Below are positions 20,727 through 29,958 of a DNA stretch of 64,000 bases, in pieces; position 1 is the stretch's first letter; each line of letters opens with the position of its first letter. The DNA comes from Candidatus Babeliales bacterium (GTDB lineage: Bacteria; Babelota; Babeliae; Babelales; JANWKD01), in contig CAVXJH010000007.1 in NCBI GenBank assembly GCA_963762115.1, forward strand, positions 64,001 through 128,000, written 5' to 3'. The notes beneath the pieces were generated by a model, which saw nothing but the letters and a program-made list of their open reading frames with translations, had not been told where the DNA came from and ran no database searches. The position numbers were made by a program, and so were the translations under genes.

Positions 20727-20957
20727 ATGAAAAAAAGAAATATAATCGGTTTTACCTTATTACTAACGGGGTTGTTTATCTTCCCTCTTATTGAAGCAAA
20801 AAAATGCCAAACACAAGAATGTGCGTACACAAAAATAAATTGTGAAGAATGCTGTAAAGCAAAAACAGGCGTTAGCCCTGAATGTTGCGCAGCATGTAAT
20901 AATTGTATGTTATATGATGATGGCGGAAGATCTGGCTGCAAAGACTTTCCTTCGTAA
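20727..20957 (+). CDS. Small secreted cysteine-rich peptide
   Basis: GAGGA RBS; signal MKKRNIIGFTLLLTGLFIFPLIEA; 10 Cys in the 52-aa mature part; own terminator. Confidence 0.75.
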   Translation: MKKRNIIGFTLLLTGLFIFPLIEAKKCQTQECAYTKINCEECCKAKTGVSPECCAACNNCMLYDDGGRSGCKDFPS

Positions 20958-20965
20958 AAAATAAG

Positions 20966-21000
20966 GGCGCTCACTAATATGGTGAGCGCCTACATTTTTT
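20966..21000 (+). terminator. Intrinsic terminator
   Basis: GGCGCTCAC-loop-GTGAGCGCC followed by a T-rich tract. Confidence 0.75.
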
Positions 21001-21065
21001 CAACTCAATTTGATACATTAAAAACATGAATTTAGCCTAAGAGAAATGACATTAAAATCGGCATT

Positions 21066-21232
21066 GTCATTGCGAGCCAACATTGTTGGCGTGGCAACCC
21101 AGCATATAAAATTCTTTTTATTTCTCCTAAATTAATTTGAATTTATTGATTCAATAAGTTTTAATTTTAGGGATTTCATTAATAAGAACATTATAATCTG
21201 GATCCCCACGGCACAATGTGCCTCGGGAAGAC
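21066..21232. repeat. Palindromic REP/RPE-like (MITE-like) element, copy 1
   Basis: Left arm GTCATTGCGAGCCAACATTGTTGGCGTGGCAACCCAG identical to 42830-42866; right arm CTGGATCCCCACGGCACAATGTGCCTCGGGAAGAC. Confidence 0.85.
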
Positions 21233-21291
21233 ATTTTGGGATATTTTGCTTCATTGATACGTTGATAATTTTTTTATCGAACTCGAACTAA

Positions 21292-21891
21292 TTAAAAAGG
21301 ACGACGCTCAGATAATGCTTTATATACCGTAAGGCGGTCCATAAACTCAAGAGAAGAACCAACAGGAACTCCTCGAGCCAAACATGAAACAACGATGGGA
21401 AACTTCTTAAGCTTACTGGCAATATAAGCCGCTGTAGCCTCACCTTCAGGTGTTTGATTGGTAGCAAGAATAACCTCTTTTACCGTATCATTAATACGCT
21501 GTAATAAATAAGGTGTCGTGAGATCTTCAGGCCCAATACCATCAAGTGGCGATATTACGCCACCAAGAACATGGTAAACCCCTTGATATCCGCCCGTCTT
21601 TTCAATACTCATAAGTTCTTGCCAAGTTTCAACAACACATATAACACTTTGATCTCTTTTAGAAGATGAACAAAAAAGGCATTCTTTAGTATTTTCTTTC
21701 CAGGTACAACATATTTGACAACGAACAATCTGCTCCTGAGCAGATAAAATTGCCTTACAAAATTGTTCTGCCTTCACTGCATCCATTGATAACAAATAAT
21801 TAGCAACGCGATACATGTTTTTTGAAGCCAAATAAGGCACTTGCTGCAAATGTTTTATTAAATGAGCTAATGGCGGCAATTGTTCAATCAT
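21292..21891 (-). CDS. recR: Recombination mediator RecR
   Basis: C4 zinc finger (CQIC..CLFC), ICVVE, YHVLGGVISPLDGIGPEDL, EGEATA, LARGVPVG. Confidence 0.95.
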   Translation of the reverse strand: MIEQLPPLAHLIKHLQQVPYLASKNMYRVANYLLSMDAVKAEQFCKAILSAQEQIVRCQICCTWKENTKECLFCSSSKRDQSVICVVETWQELMSIEKTGGYQGVYHVLGGVISPLDGIGPEDLTTPYLLQRINDTVKEVILATNQTPEGEATAAYIASKLKKFPIVVSCLARGVPVGSSLEFMDRLTVYKALSERRPF

Positions 21892-23405
21892 TTAACAAAT
21901 CTTTTCGCTATTTGAGCTTGTAAGGCACCAAGAGCTGTGCTGGTGAATATATATAATGCAATACCTGCTGAAAACGTTGTTGCAAATGCCGCAAGCATAA
22001 TTGCCATAGCAAAAGATGAAATACGTTTTTTGGGATCATTTGTTGGGGAATGAAAAATCATCGCTAGCCCAATCAATACTGGCAATATATACAAAGGATC
22101 TGGTGCTGATAAATCATGAATCCATAAAAATGGTGCCATAAATAATTCAATTGAATTTGAGATTACCCAACTTAATGCAATAAAAAGAGGCAGTTGTAAA
22201 AAGACTGGCAAACATCCTGATAATCCAGGCATACCATGCTTACGCAACAACTCTGCCTGCGCAGCTCTCAACGCTTCTTTATCATGCTTATATTTTGATT
22301 GAAGGTAATCAAGTTTTTTTTGATACTCAATACTTTTTTTCATAGTTTGTTCACTTTTATACGTAAAAGGCAACAAAATCAGCTTCATCAAAATTGTCAA
22401 AATAATAATAGCTAAACCATAATTTTTGCAATAATCATAAATCAATGTCAAAATGTGGAGCAAAACTTTTGAAACTGGTCGGGAAACCCTGCCGAGCCAA
22501 CCATAATTTAATGTTTGTTCCAAACGAGGATCAACAGCAACTAATGCTTCATCTTCTTTTGGGCCAACATAAAAGGAAACTTGCCACATTGTTTTAGTTT
22601 GTATTTCAGGTCCTTCTAACACAGAAAATAAATTTTCTAAGTCAAAGACTTTAAAATAACCACGCTGCACAAAATTATCTTTATCTTGCACAAAAGCATG
22701 AACAAAATAACGATCTTGAACACCAAATAATGTTGGTTTTACCCATGATTTTGTAATATTCTCTTCTGTTTTATCCAACAATTGAATTCTATCATAAGCA
22801 TCACCAACTACACCTTTAATGATATCTTTATTACCTAATTCAGGAACAATAGGTGCTGGATAAAAAATACGAGGCTGCAAAATTCCTTGAGAGCCCTCTT
22901 TCGGCTCCAATGTTAAAATAAGATCTATTTTAAACAGCTTTTTATCGATGATAAATCGCTTTTGCATCGTGCCATCTTGAAAATCAGCAGAATAAACCAG
23001 CATAAAATAATCGTCAGTTGATGTCTCTTCAATCAAATCAAAATAATAGGGAGTTTTTTCGTTAAGCCCAACAAGAAAGCAACGCTTCTCTTTATCAACA
23101 GCTGCTGGGGCAAAAATAGTTGCCAAATAACCTTCTTTACCACCCCAATTACGTTTAAATTCTATATTTTCAAGTGAAGCACCTTCGGTGGAAAATCGAT
23201 AACGAGTATGCTCCGTTTCAAGCTCAGTTAAAACTGCTTTTTTTGCTGACTTCTTATCAAAAAAATCCACTTCAAGATTAAGAGGTTTTTGCTCTGCCAA
23301 TGATTCAGTTGGCGTCGACGCTTTACGCGGACCAAAATAATATTGTATTCCCAAACTTGTTAATACCGCTAATGGAAGAACAATTAATAATTCTCTAAAA
23401 TTCAT
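21888..23405 (-). CDS. yidC: Membrane protein insertase YidC
   Basis: N-terminal TM, periplasmic domain, YVGPK, NYGW, NYGLAIIILT, GCLP..LQLP, WIHDLSAPDP.YILP. Confidence 0.93.
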   Translation of the reverse strand: MNFRELLIVLPLAVLTSLGIQYYFGPRKASTPTESLAEQKPLNLEVDFFDKKSAKKAVLTELETEHTRYRFSTEGASLENIEFKRNWGGKEGYLATIFAPAAVDKEKRCFLVGLNEKTPYYFDLIEETSTDDYFMLVYSADFQDGTMQKRFIIDKKLFKIDLILTLEPKEGSQGILQPRIFYPAPIVPELGNKDIIKGVVGDAYDRIQLLDKTEENITKSWVKPTLFGVQDRYFVHAFVQDKDNFVQRGYFKVFDLENLFSVLEGPEIQTKTMWQVSFYVGPKEDEALVAVDPRLEQTLNYGWLGRVSRPVSKVLLHILTLIYDYCKNYGLAIIILTILMKLILLPFTYKSEQTMKKSIEYQKKLDYLQSKYKHDKEALRAAQAELLRKHGMPGLSGCLPVFLQLPLFIALSWVISNSIELFMAPFLWIHDLSAPDPLYILPVLIGLAMIFHSPTNDPKKRISSFAMAIMLAAFATTFSAGIALYIFTSTALGALQAQIAKRFVK

Positions 23406-23598
23406 ATAAACCCTTGATCTTGAAAACAACTTTATAAAGAAATCACTATTAAATAGTTATACTTTTTTGAATAATAATAGCTACTTAAGAGTAGCAAAGA
23501 ATATTCGTTTGATCCAGTACAAAAAAAGGAATGGATATATACAAAAAATAAATTTTACGTTATATAAAAAGGATATCTTAAAAGAGGAAGAGGTACTT

Positions 23599-23955
23599 AT
23601 GAAAATGAATAAACGACAATTTCGCATCGGTGAATTAGCGCAGTTTCTTAATGTTGAACGCTTTGTGGTTCGTTTCTGGGAAAAAGAATTCAATGTTCAC
23701 TCATCTCGCTCAAAAGGCGGACAACGTTTTTATCAAGAAAAAGATCTAAAAACATTCACCAAGATAAAAGAACTTTTATACGAAAAAAAATTCACCATTG
23801 CCGGAGCAAAAGAAGCGTTAAAATCAGGAAAAAATTCGTCACTTTTTGCATCAAAAACAACGATGGAATCAAATGCTCCTAACGCACTTTTTTTATCACG
23901 CGAACAACTAATCGAATTACAAAAAAAATTACTTAAAATACGTGAACTTATTTAA
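23599..23955 (+). CDS. MerR-family HTH protein
   Basis: FRIGELAQFLNV...VRFWEKEF...GGQRFY...FTIAGAK; start reassigned to the ATG after GAGG. Confidence 0.85.
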   Translation: MKMNKRQFRIGELAQFLNVERFVVRFWEKEFNVHSSRSKGGQRFYQEKDLKTFTKIKELLYEKKFTIAGAKEALKSGKNSSLFASKTTMESNAPNALFLSREQLIELQKKLLKIRELI

Positions 23956-24072
23956 TTTTATCGAGCATATTTCTCCATTCGCCTTGATCAAGACTCTTTC
24001 TCAATTTGTACAACAGAAATAATTTTGTTATTTTGTAACAATTAATCTGTAAATAAAAATCGGGAAATAAGC

Positions 24073-25470
24073 ATGTATAGAAAAAAAGTTCATCTTCACT
24101 TTGTTGGTATAGGCGGTATTGGCATGAGCGGTATTGCAAAAATACTACGTTATCAAGGATACACAATATCAGGCTGTGACATTGACCTTGATCAACAAAG
24201 CGTTGTTGATTTACACAATATCGGTTGCTCAATATATCAAGGTAATAATACACCTGCATGCAATGATCATGGTATCGATATTGTTGTTTATTCATCGGCT
24301 ATACATGCAAACAACCCTGAAATTATTGCTGCACAAGAACGCAATATTCCAACTATTCCTCGAGCTCTCATGCTTGCAGAACTTATGCGCACAAAATATA
24401 GCATCGCTATTGCAGGGAGTCATGGAAAAACAACGACAACATCACTGATTTCACACATTTTAATTGAAACAAAAAAAGACCCTACCGTTATTATCGGGGG
24501 TCACTTAAAAACCATTTCAACAAATGCTCAATTTGGCCTTGGTGATTTTTTAGTTGCTGAAGCAGATGAAAGCGATAAATCTTTAATTCATCTACAAGCA
24601 ACGTTAGCGGTTGTCACCAATATTAGTGCAGAACATCTGGATGTATATAAAGATGTTGATGATATAAAAGATACTTTTAAACAATTCCTCAATAATCTTC
24701 CCTTTTATGGCACGGCAATAATGTGCATTGATAATCAAAATGTACGCTCAATGTTGCCTCTGTCTCACATCAGAACAATCAAATATGGTTTAGACCCTGC
24801 AGCAGACATACAAGCGCAAGATGTTAAACTAGAACCAAGTCAATCAACATGCCACGTTTATCAAGATCAAAAACATCTTGGCTCTTTAACAATCCCTATG
24901 CCAGGCAATCACAACGTGCTCAATGCCCTTGCTGCAACTGCCGTGTGCCTTGAATTAGAAATTCCTTTTGATGCCATAAAAAATGCTTTGGAAAGCTTCA
25001 AAGGAGTTGAACGAAGATTTAGTTATAACGGCAACTATAAAGGCGCAGAGATTTTTAATGATTACGGGCATCACCCAGAAGAAATAAAAAATACCATCGA
25101 AGTTGCCTGCAAACGCAAAAATAATAATGGTAAACTCACCGTTGTATTTCAACCTCATCGCTATACACGAACCTATGCTTTATGGGATCTCTTTATTGAA
25201 ACCCTTCTGCAAAGCCCCATCGATCATTTAATTATTACCGATATTTATGCTGCAAGCGAATCTCCCATTCCTGAAATAACTGCACATAATTTAGTAAAAG
25301 CTATTACCAAACGACACCCACATTTTTCAGTTTCATATGTTCCGTATGAAGAGCAATTTAATTTGTTAAAACGAAACCTTGATGCTCTTATTAATGCTGA
25401 TGATTTAGTATTATTCCAAGGTGCTGGCAATGTGTATAAATGCGCGCACTTTTTAACTGAAAAAAAGTAG
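24073..25470 (+). CDS. murC: UDP-N-acetylmuramate--L-alanine ligase
   Basis: HFVGIGGIGMSGIA, AGSHGKTTTT, EADESD, DYGHHP, FQPHRYTRT. Confidence 0.96.
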   Translation: MYRKKVHLHFVGIGGIGMSGIAKILRYQGYTISGCDIDLDQQSVVDLHNIGCSIYQGNNTPACNDHGIDIVVYSSAIHANNPEIIAAQERNIPTIPRALMLAELMRTKYSIAIAGSHGKTTTTSLISHILIETKKDPTVIIGGHLKTISTNAQFGLGDFLVAEADESDKSLIHLQATLAVVTNISAEHLDVYKDVDDIKDTFKQFLNNLPFYGTAIMCIDNQNVRSMLPLSHIRTIKYGLDPAADIQAQDVKLEPSQSTCHVYQDQKHLGSLTIPMPGNHNVLNALAATAVCLELEIPFDAIKNALESFKGVERRFSYNGNYKGAEIFNDYGHHPEEIKNTIEVACKRKNNNGKLTVVFQPHRYTRTYALWDLFIETLLQSPIDHLIITDIYAASESPIPEITAHNLVKAITKRHPHFSVSYVPYEEQFNLLKRNLDALINADDLVLFQGAGNVYKCAHFLTEKK

Positions 25471-25499
25471 CGGCAACTTTTACATTGCCGCTTACTTTT
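25463..25499. terminator. Bidirectional terminator after murC
   Basis: AAAAGTAGCGGCAA-loop-TTGCCGCTTACTTTT. Confidence 0.7.
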
Positions 25500-25519
25500 A
25501 GTTCTTGTTAAACCTTAAT

Positions 25520-26098
25520 TTAGTAGTGGTATGGATAACAACCAGGAGTATAAATGGGTATAATCATAGGAGCAGAAGGTTGTTTATTTTCGAAACGCTC
25601 AAATGACTCAATAAGATCTTTATCAATATAAATATTCAATCTATCGTTTAATTGAACGAGTTCTGATTTCAAGTGTTGAATTTTCTCAACAAGTTGAACA
25701 AGGTCTCTATTTTGTAATCGCTTTAACCAAGTATCGCATTTATTAATTGTTCTGCGTATAAAATAAAAACATTTTAAGTTACCCTTCACCGTATAACTCT
25801 CATCTAAATCAACTATTTTTCTCAGTTTTTTCAATTGAGAAGCTAAACGTTTTTCGATCTTATTCGTAAATTTAGTAACCAAAGCTGCCATTTCATCATC
25901 AGTTTTATTATTCCAAAGCTCTCGCTCAGCTTTCTCTTTTTGATAATCACGATACAAAAGATACCCAAATCCTGCAAATAAACAGGTAGCTGCCCCTAAA
26001 AAGCCTACCATTCCCGCTTTCTGATCATTAGTTAAAGCCAATGATTGAGCAGGAATTAAACCTATACATAGTATGAGTAATAGTTTTTTGAAAATCAC
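25520..26098 (-). CDS. Exported/membrane hypothetical protein (signal peptide, TM segment, helical domain)
   Basis: GTG start after GGAG; MIFKKLLLILCIGLIPAQSLA; TM GMVGFLGAATCLFAGFGYLLY. Confidence 0.65.
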   Translation of the reverse strand: MIFKKLLLILCIGLIPAQSLALTNDQKAGMVGFLGAATCLFAGFGYLLYRDYQKEKAERELWNNKTDDEMAALVTKFTNKIEKRLASQLKKLRKIVDLDESYTVKGNLKCFYFIRRTINKCDTWLKRLQNRDLVQLVEKIQHLKSELVQLNDRLNIYIDKDLIESFERFENKQPSAPMIIPIYTPGCYPYHY

Positions 26099-26297
26099 TT
26101 TTTTTATCTCCACGTAATATAAACAAATTATTGAGCATTTTAAGTATAACAAAAACACAAATTCAATCAATAATATGTTTTTATAAAAACAATTAATATT
26201 TTATTTGTAATTAAATCATTGCTTTTTCTTAATAAAACCTGATAAACTTTACTTAAAATAGATTAGTTCTGTTTAAATAAAAACAGAGGAGTTAATA

Positions 26298-26795
26298 ATG
26301 AATACTATTAAAAAAATAATGATTTTGACGATATTTTTTACTTCTTACTCTTTAAAAGCAGGCGGCGGTGGATTTGGCGGTGGCTTTGCAGGTGGATTTA
26401 CCGGAAGCTTATTAGGTAATGCCTTAACAGCGCCACGACAACAGCAAGTAATATATCAAGAACCAGAAGTTCGTTATATTGAACGACCTTCATGCAGAGT
26501 TGATGATGAACGGACTTCACGAGCGCAGGAAGAACGAATACGACGTGAAGAAAGAGAAAGAATTGAACAAAATAAAATAACAAGACAACGCCAAAAAGAA
26601 GAAGCGCGAAAAGCAGCAGAACAAACTCAAAAAAATAAAGAAAAACAACAAAAAAATGATGAACTTAAAATGCGTGAATTGACCTTACGAGAAAAAGAAG
26701 TAGAAGCTAAATTAGCTGAAATTGAAGCAAAAAATAAAGAATTGGAAATTAGAAACAAAGAACTTGAAGTAGAATTGCAGAAAAAGAAGAATTAA
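26298..26795 (+). CDS. Secreted glycine-zipper / coiled-coil protein
   Basis: GAGGAG RBS; signal peptide; GGGGFGGGFAGGFTGSLLG; long E/K/R-rich helix. Confidence 0.75.
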   Translation: MNTIKKIMILTIFFTSYSLKAGGGGFGGGFAGGFTGSLLGNALTAPRQQQVIYQEPEVRYIERPSCRVDDERTSRAQEERIRREERERIEQNKITRQRQKEEARKAAEQTQKNKEKQQKNDELKMRELTLREKEVEAKLAEIEAKNKELEIRNKELEVELQKKKN

Positions 26796-26803
26796 AACTT
26801 TTT

Positions 26804-27067
26804 TTAATAACTGCCATTCTCTTGTTCGTAATGTTTTTTCGATGCAGATATCACTTCACATATAAATTTCTTGGCATCATCTCTTTGTTGCATCTGTTTA
26901 TTTACAGCTTGCGAAAAACCTCTCCATGAACCATCTGCATGTTGAGAATCTTCTACATTTTGATAAAAAGCAGTTGACGAACTTGGCGTCTTAACGGTTC
27001 CTGCTTTCATTGCTGTTAACTCAAAAACAACAAAAAAAGAAAAAAGAATTTTTTTAGGTAGAATCAC
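26804..27067 (-). CDS. Small secreted hypothetical protein
   Basis: Signal-like MILPKKILFSFFVVFELTA followed by Met. Confidence 0.55.
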   Translation of the reverse strand: MILPKKILFSFFVVFELTAMKAGTVKTPSSSTAFYQNVEDSQHADGSWRGFSQAVNKQMQQRDDAKKFICEVISASKKHYEQENGSY

Positions 27068-27133
27068 AAGAACCTTTCAAGTTTTAGTTACTTTATAAAA
27101 AAATAACAAAAGGTATCGATAATCTGCAAGAAA

Positions 27134-27565
27134 TTATTTTTCAATAACTATTTTTTGCCCATTAAAAATAACAACATGTAACTCATCATATAACCAACGC
27201 AAAGAAATTGAGCAATATTTTTGAGGCTTTTCAAAATTTAACAGAATTTCATTACTACTCATAAAACACGCAATTTGACGCCAACCAAAACGTTCCATAT
27301 GTTCTTGGTAGAACGCTAAAGAATCGCCGATAGACATTGTTGATGCATAGGCAACAATGGCATTATCCCCTTTTTCAGAACTATTCAAAAGATGCATAGA
27401 TTTTGCACCTATCAAAATAGGCACATCATAGAGTCGTGCTTCAATATGAGCTTGATCCCATACTTCAGAATCGCCATTATTATATGGCTTACGCTTGTTA
27501 CAAGCGGGAAGTATCATGAGGGACAAACCAATAAAAAACAAGGTGAAAAAAGGTATTTTTTTCAC
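27134..27565 (-). CDS. Putative lipoprotein
   Basis: MKK + hydrophobic stretch + LPAC lipobox-like motif; directly downstream of rplS. Confidence 0.65.
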   Translation of the reverse strand: MKKIPFFTLFFIGLSLMILPACNKRKPYNNGDSEVWDQAHIEARLYDVPILIGAKSMHLLNSSEKGDNAIVAYASTMSIGDSLAFYQEHMERFGWRQIACFMSSNEILLNFEKPQKYCSISLRWLYDELHVVIFNGQKIVIEK

Positions 27566-27591
27566 GTATTACTACTCATCAACCCTTAATG

Positions 27592-27981
27592 TTATGCAGC
27601 TTCTACCATTGAAGATGCAACAAACTTTTTACGCTCAACATTTGCAGCTCTACCAACACGACCACGCAAATAATAAAGCTTAGCTCTTCTTACGCGACCT
27701 TGACGAACGAGTTTTATTGAAGCAATTCGAGGTGAATAATAAGGGAAAATCTTTTCAACCGCTACAGCATTCGCTCCAATTTTTCTTACGGTAATAGTGC
27801 TTGAAATACCATTATGATTCCATGCAATAACAGCACCTTCAAATGCTTGAAGACGTTCTTTATCACCTTCTTTGATTCTTTGTTCTACAACAATGACATC
27901 GCCGATAGTGAATTCAGGAAAATTGCGATCTTTTATGCCATATGACAAGATCGTCTCTTTAGTATATCTTTTAGCTTTCAT
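27592..27981 (-). CDS. rplS: 50S ribosomal protein L19
   Basis: EGDKERLQAFEG, VEKIFP, GRVRRAKLYYLR. Confidence 0.97.
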   Translation of the reverse strand: MKAKRYTKETILSYGIKDRNFPEFTIGDVIVVEQRIKEGDKERLQAFEGAVIAWNHNGISSTITVRKIGANAVAVEKIFPYYSPRIASIKLVRQGRVRRAKLYYLRGRVGRAANVERKKFVASSMVEAA

Positions 27982-28106
27982 GATAAATATCCTTGTTTAT
28001 CTCGTAATTTTTGTGTCAGCCTAGCAAATTAATTTTAGTAACAATTGTATGTTAGTATACAAAAAAATTGTTACTGTGCCAATTACCTTAAAAATTTATT
28101 TTAAAC

Positions 28107-29420
28107 TTAACCTATTACTTTAGGATTTATTCCCAACCAACGATCCAAAATAATTGCCACTGCCGAACGAACAGATAAATGATTAAAATCTGAAAATCCT
28201 TCAATAGGTGCCAGCAAATAATCACATCGCTCTAATACCTGAGGCGCAATACCATGACCAGTACCAAAAAGTAATAAAACTGGTCGATCGTCTTCCCAAA
28301 CCTTATTTTGATCACTATACGTGATTATTTTCTTCCCAAAATGGTCATCATGATAACGAGCAGATGTTGCAATCACCAATGGTTTTTTACCCTCTTTTTT
28401 CTCAATTGCTTCAAGCGCCTGTTCCAAATGGTCAACTACTTCAACATTTTTGATCGCCTGATGACGATGTTGATTATATTCAACACCTTCACCAACTTTC
28501 CAAAAATCAAGCAATTTCTCAACAATTCTTTGTTGATCCAATAAAGGCGTCACAATAAAATATTGCTTAAGCCCAAAAGTACACGCAGAACGAGCAATAT
28601 CGTGAATATCAAGAGAGGTGACTGAAGTGGTGCCAACCTGCTGTTGAGGCAACATAACTTGATCATGCATCAGCGCTATATAATGATGAGGAATATAGGT
28701 TCTGGCAATCTTTTTTTGCTGTTGCGTCAACAATGAAGAAACGAGCCATGAAAAATGTTTTTTTACCGTTTTTTCTGCGGCCTTTTCTTCTTGCCATTTC
28801 TGAATAGCACCATGATTGCCAGAGCGTATTACTTCTGGCACTTCAAGATCATGCCACACAACGGGTGTTGTAAACTCTGGATAATCAACAAAAGGACCCG
28901 AAAAAGATTCTTTCTCAACTGATTCTTGCCTACCCACAACCCCCGGCAACAATCTAACAAAACCTTCCAATAACATCATAGCAGGTAAATCACCTGCCAA
29001 AAGAACAAAATCACCAACAGAAACAACCAAATCAGCATATACCTGCTCAACACGGTCATCCATGCCCTCATAGCGAGACGCAATGAGCATCAAATGATTT
29101 GTTTTCTGTGCATTTTGAACTATTTGTTTTAGAAGTGGTTGATTGAGCTTTTTACCCTGAGGCGAAAAAAAGATCTTGTATGCTTTACCATATCGAGCTT
29201 CTTTATCATCGAGCGCCTTTTCAATGACTTCAGGCCTAATGAGCATTCCTGCCCCATGACCAAACGTAGGGGCATCAATACGCTCTTTAGGCTGCACATA
29301 TGAAAAAAAGCCATCCACATCATAGTGAACTAACTTTTTTTCAGACGCTCTTTGCATCAAGCTTGTTTTCAGAAAAGTGTCATATAATTCGGGGAAAACA
29401 GTAATAAGAGAAACGTTCAT
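28107..29420 (-). CDS. trmD: tRNA m1G37 methyltransferase TrmD fused to a second SPOUT methyltransferase (Tm1570-like)
   Basis: N-half: ITVFPE, SPQG, RYEGMDDRV, VGDFVL, RLLPGV, ESF, VPEVIRSGNH. C-half: VTSLDIHDIARS..TFG, LLLFGTGHG, FNHLSVRSAVAIILDR. Confidence 0.9.
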   Translation of the reverse strand: MNVSLITVFPELYDTFLKTSLMQRASEKKLVHYDVDGFFSYVQPKERIDAPTFGHGAGMLIRPEVIEKALDDKEARYGKAYKIFFSPQGKKLNQPLLKQIVQNAQKTNHLMLIASRYEGMDDRVEQVYADLVVSVGDFVLLAGDLPAMMLLEGFVRLLPGVVGRQESVEKESFSGPFVDYPEFTTPVVWHDLEVPEVIRSGNHGAIQKWQEEKAAEKTVKKHFSWLVSSLLTQQQKKIARTYIPHHYIALMHDQVMLPQQQVGTTSVTSLDIHDIARSACTFGLKQYFIVTPLLDQQRIVEKLLDFWKVGEGVEYNQHRHQAIKNVEVVDHLEQALEAIEKKEGKKPLVIATSARYHDDHFGKKIITYSDQNKVWEDDRPVLLLFGTGHGIAPQVLERCDYLLAPIEGFSDFNHLSVRSAVAIILDRWLGINPKVIG

Positions 29421-29430
29421 AAGGATAACA

Positions 29431-29655
29431 CTATTTTACAATAAGCTCGACAGGACCAACCCCATCAATACTATTGACCATTGTCCTTAATGCACGCACA
29501 ATTCGACCATCTTTTCCAATTACTCTTTTAAGATCAGTGGGAGAAACGTTAATTTCTACCACTACTTTTGTTTCTGCTTGCGTTTCAGATACCATAACTT
29601 GATCAGGATGATCCACGAGCTGTTTAATGGCAAATTCTAGTAATTCTTTAAGCAT
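29431..29655 (-). CDS. khpA: KH-domain RNA-binding protein KhpA
   Basis: LVDHPDQV, D...VIGKDGR..RALR; follows rpsP. Confidence 0.88.
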   Translation of the reverse strand: MLKELLEFAIKQLVDHPDQVMVSETQAETKVVVEINVSPTDLKRVIGKDGRIVRALRTMVNSIDGVGPVELIVK

Positions 29656-29677
29656 GTATATCCTATACTTACCAAGC

Positions 29678-29926
29678 TTACGCCGCTACCCGTTGTCTTG
29701 CTAATTTTTGTAAGCGCACTACGGTATCGGTTGGAATAGCACCCTTTTTAATCCATTCTTCAACGCGTTCTTGATGGAATTGTACCAATTCTCCGGTTAA
29801 CGGATTATAGGTTCCTAAATCTTCAAGAAATTTACCATCTCTTTTTTTGCGAGAATCAATTGCAACGATACGATAAAAAGGAGCATTCTTTTTACCAATT
29901 CGTGACAGCCGTATTTTTACTGCCAT
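29678..29926 (-). CDS. rpsP: 30S ribosomal protein S16
   Basis: [25 protein letters not shown]. Confidence 0.97.
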   Translation of the reverse strand: MAVKIRLSRIGKKNAPFYRIVAIDSRKKRDGKFLEDLGTYNPLTGELVQFHQERVEEWIKKGAIPTDTVVRLQKLARQRVAA

Positions 29927-29958
29927 CTAATATATCCTTTCTTAAAACTGTTGTAGTA

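Noticed and set aside
21066..21232. CRISPR array or tRNA interpretation of the palindromic repeat
   Set aside because: There are only two dispersed copies, built from inverted arms with a ~95-bp core; no direct repeat-spacer periodicity, no cas genes, no T-loop or CCA.
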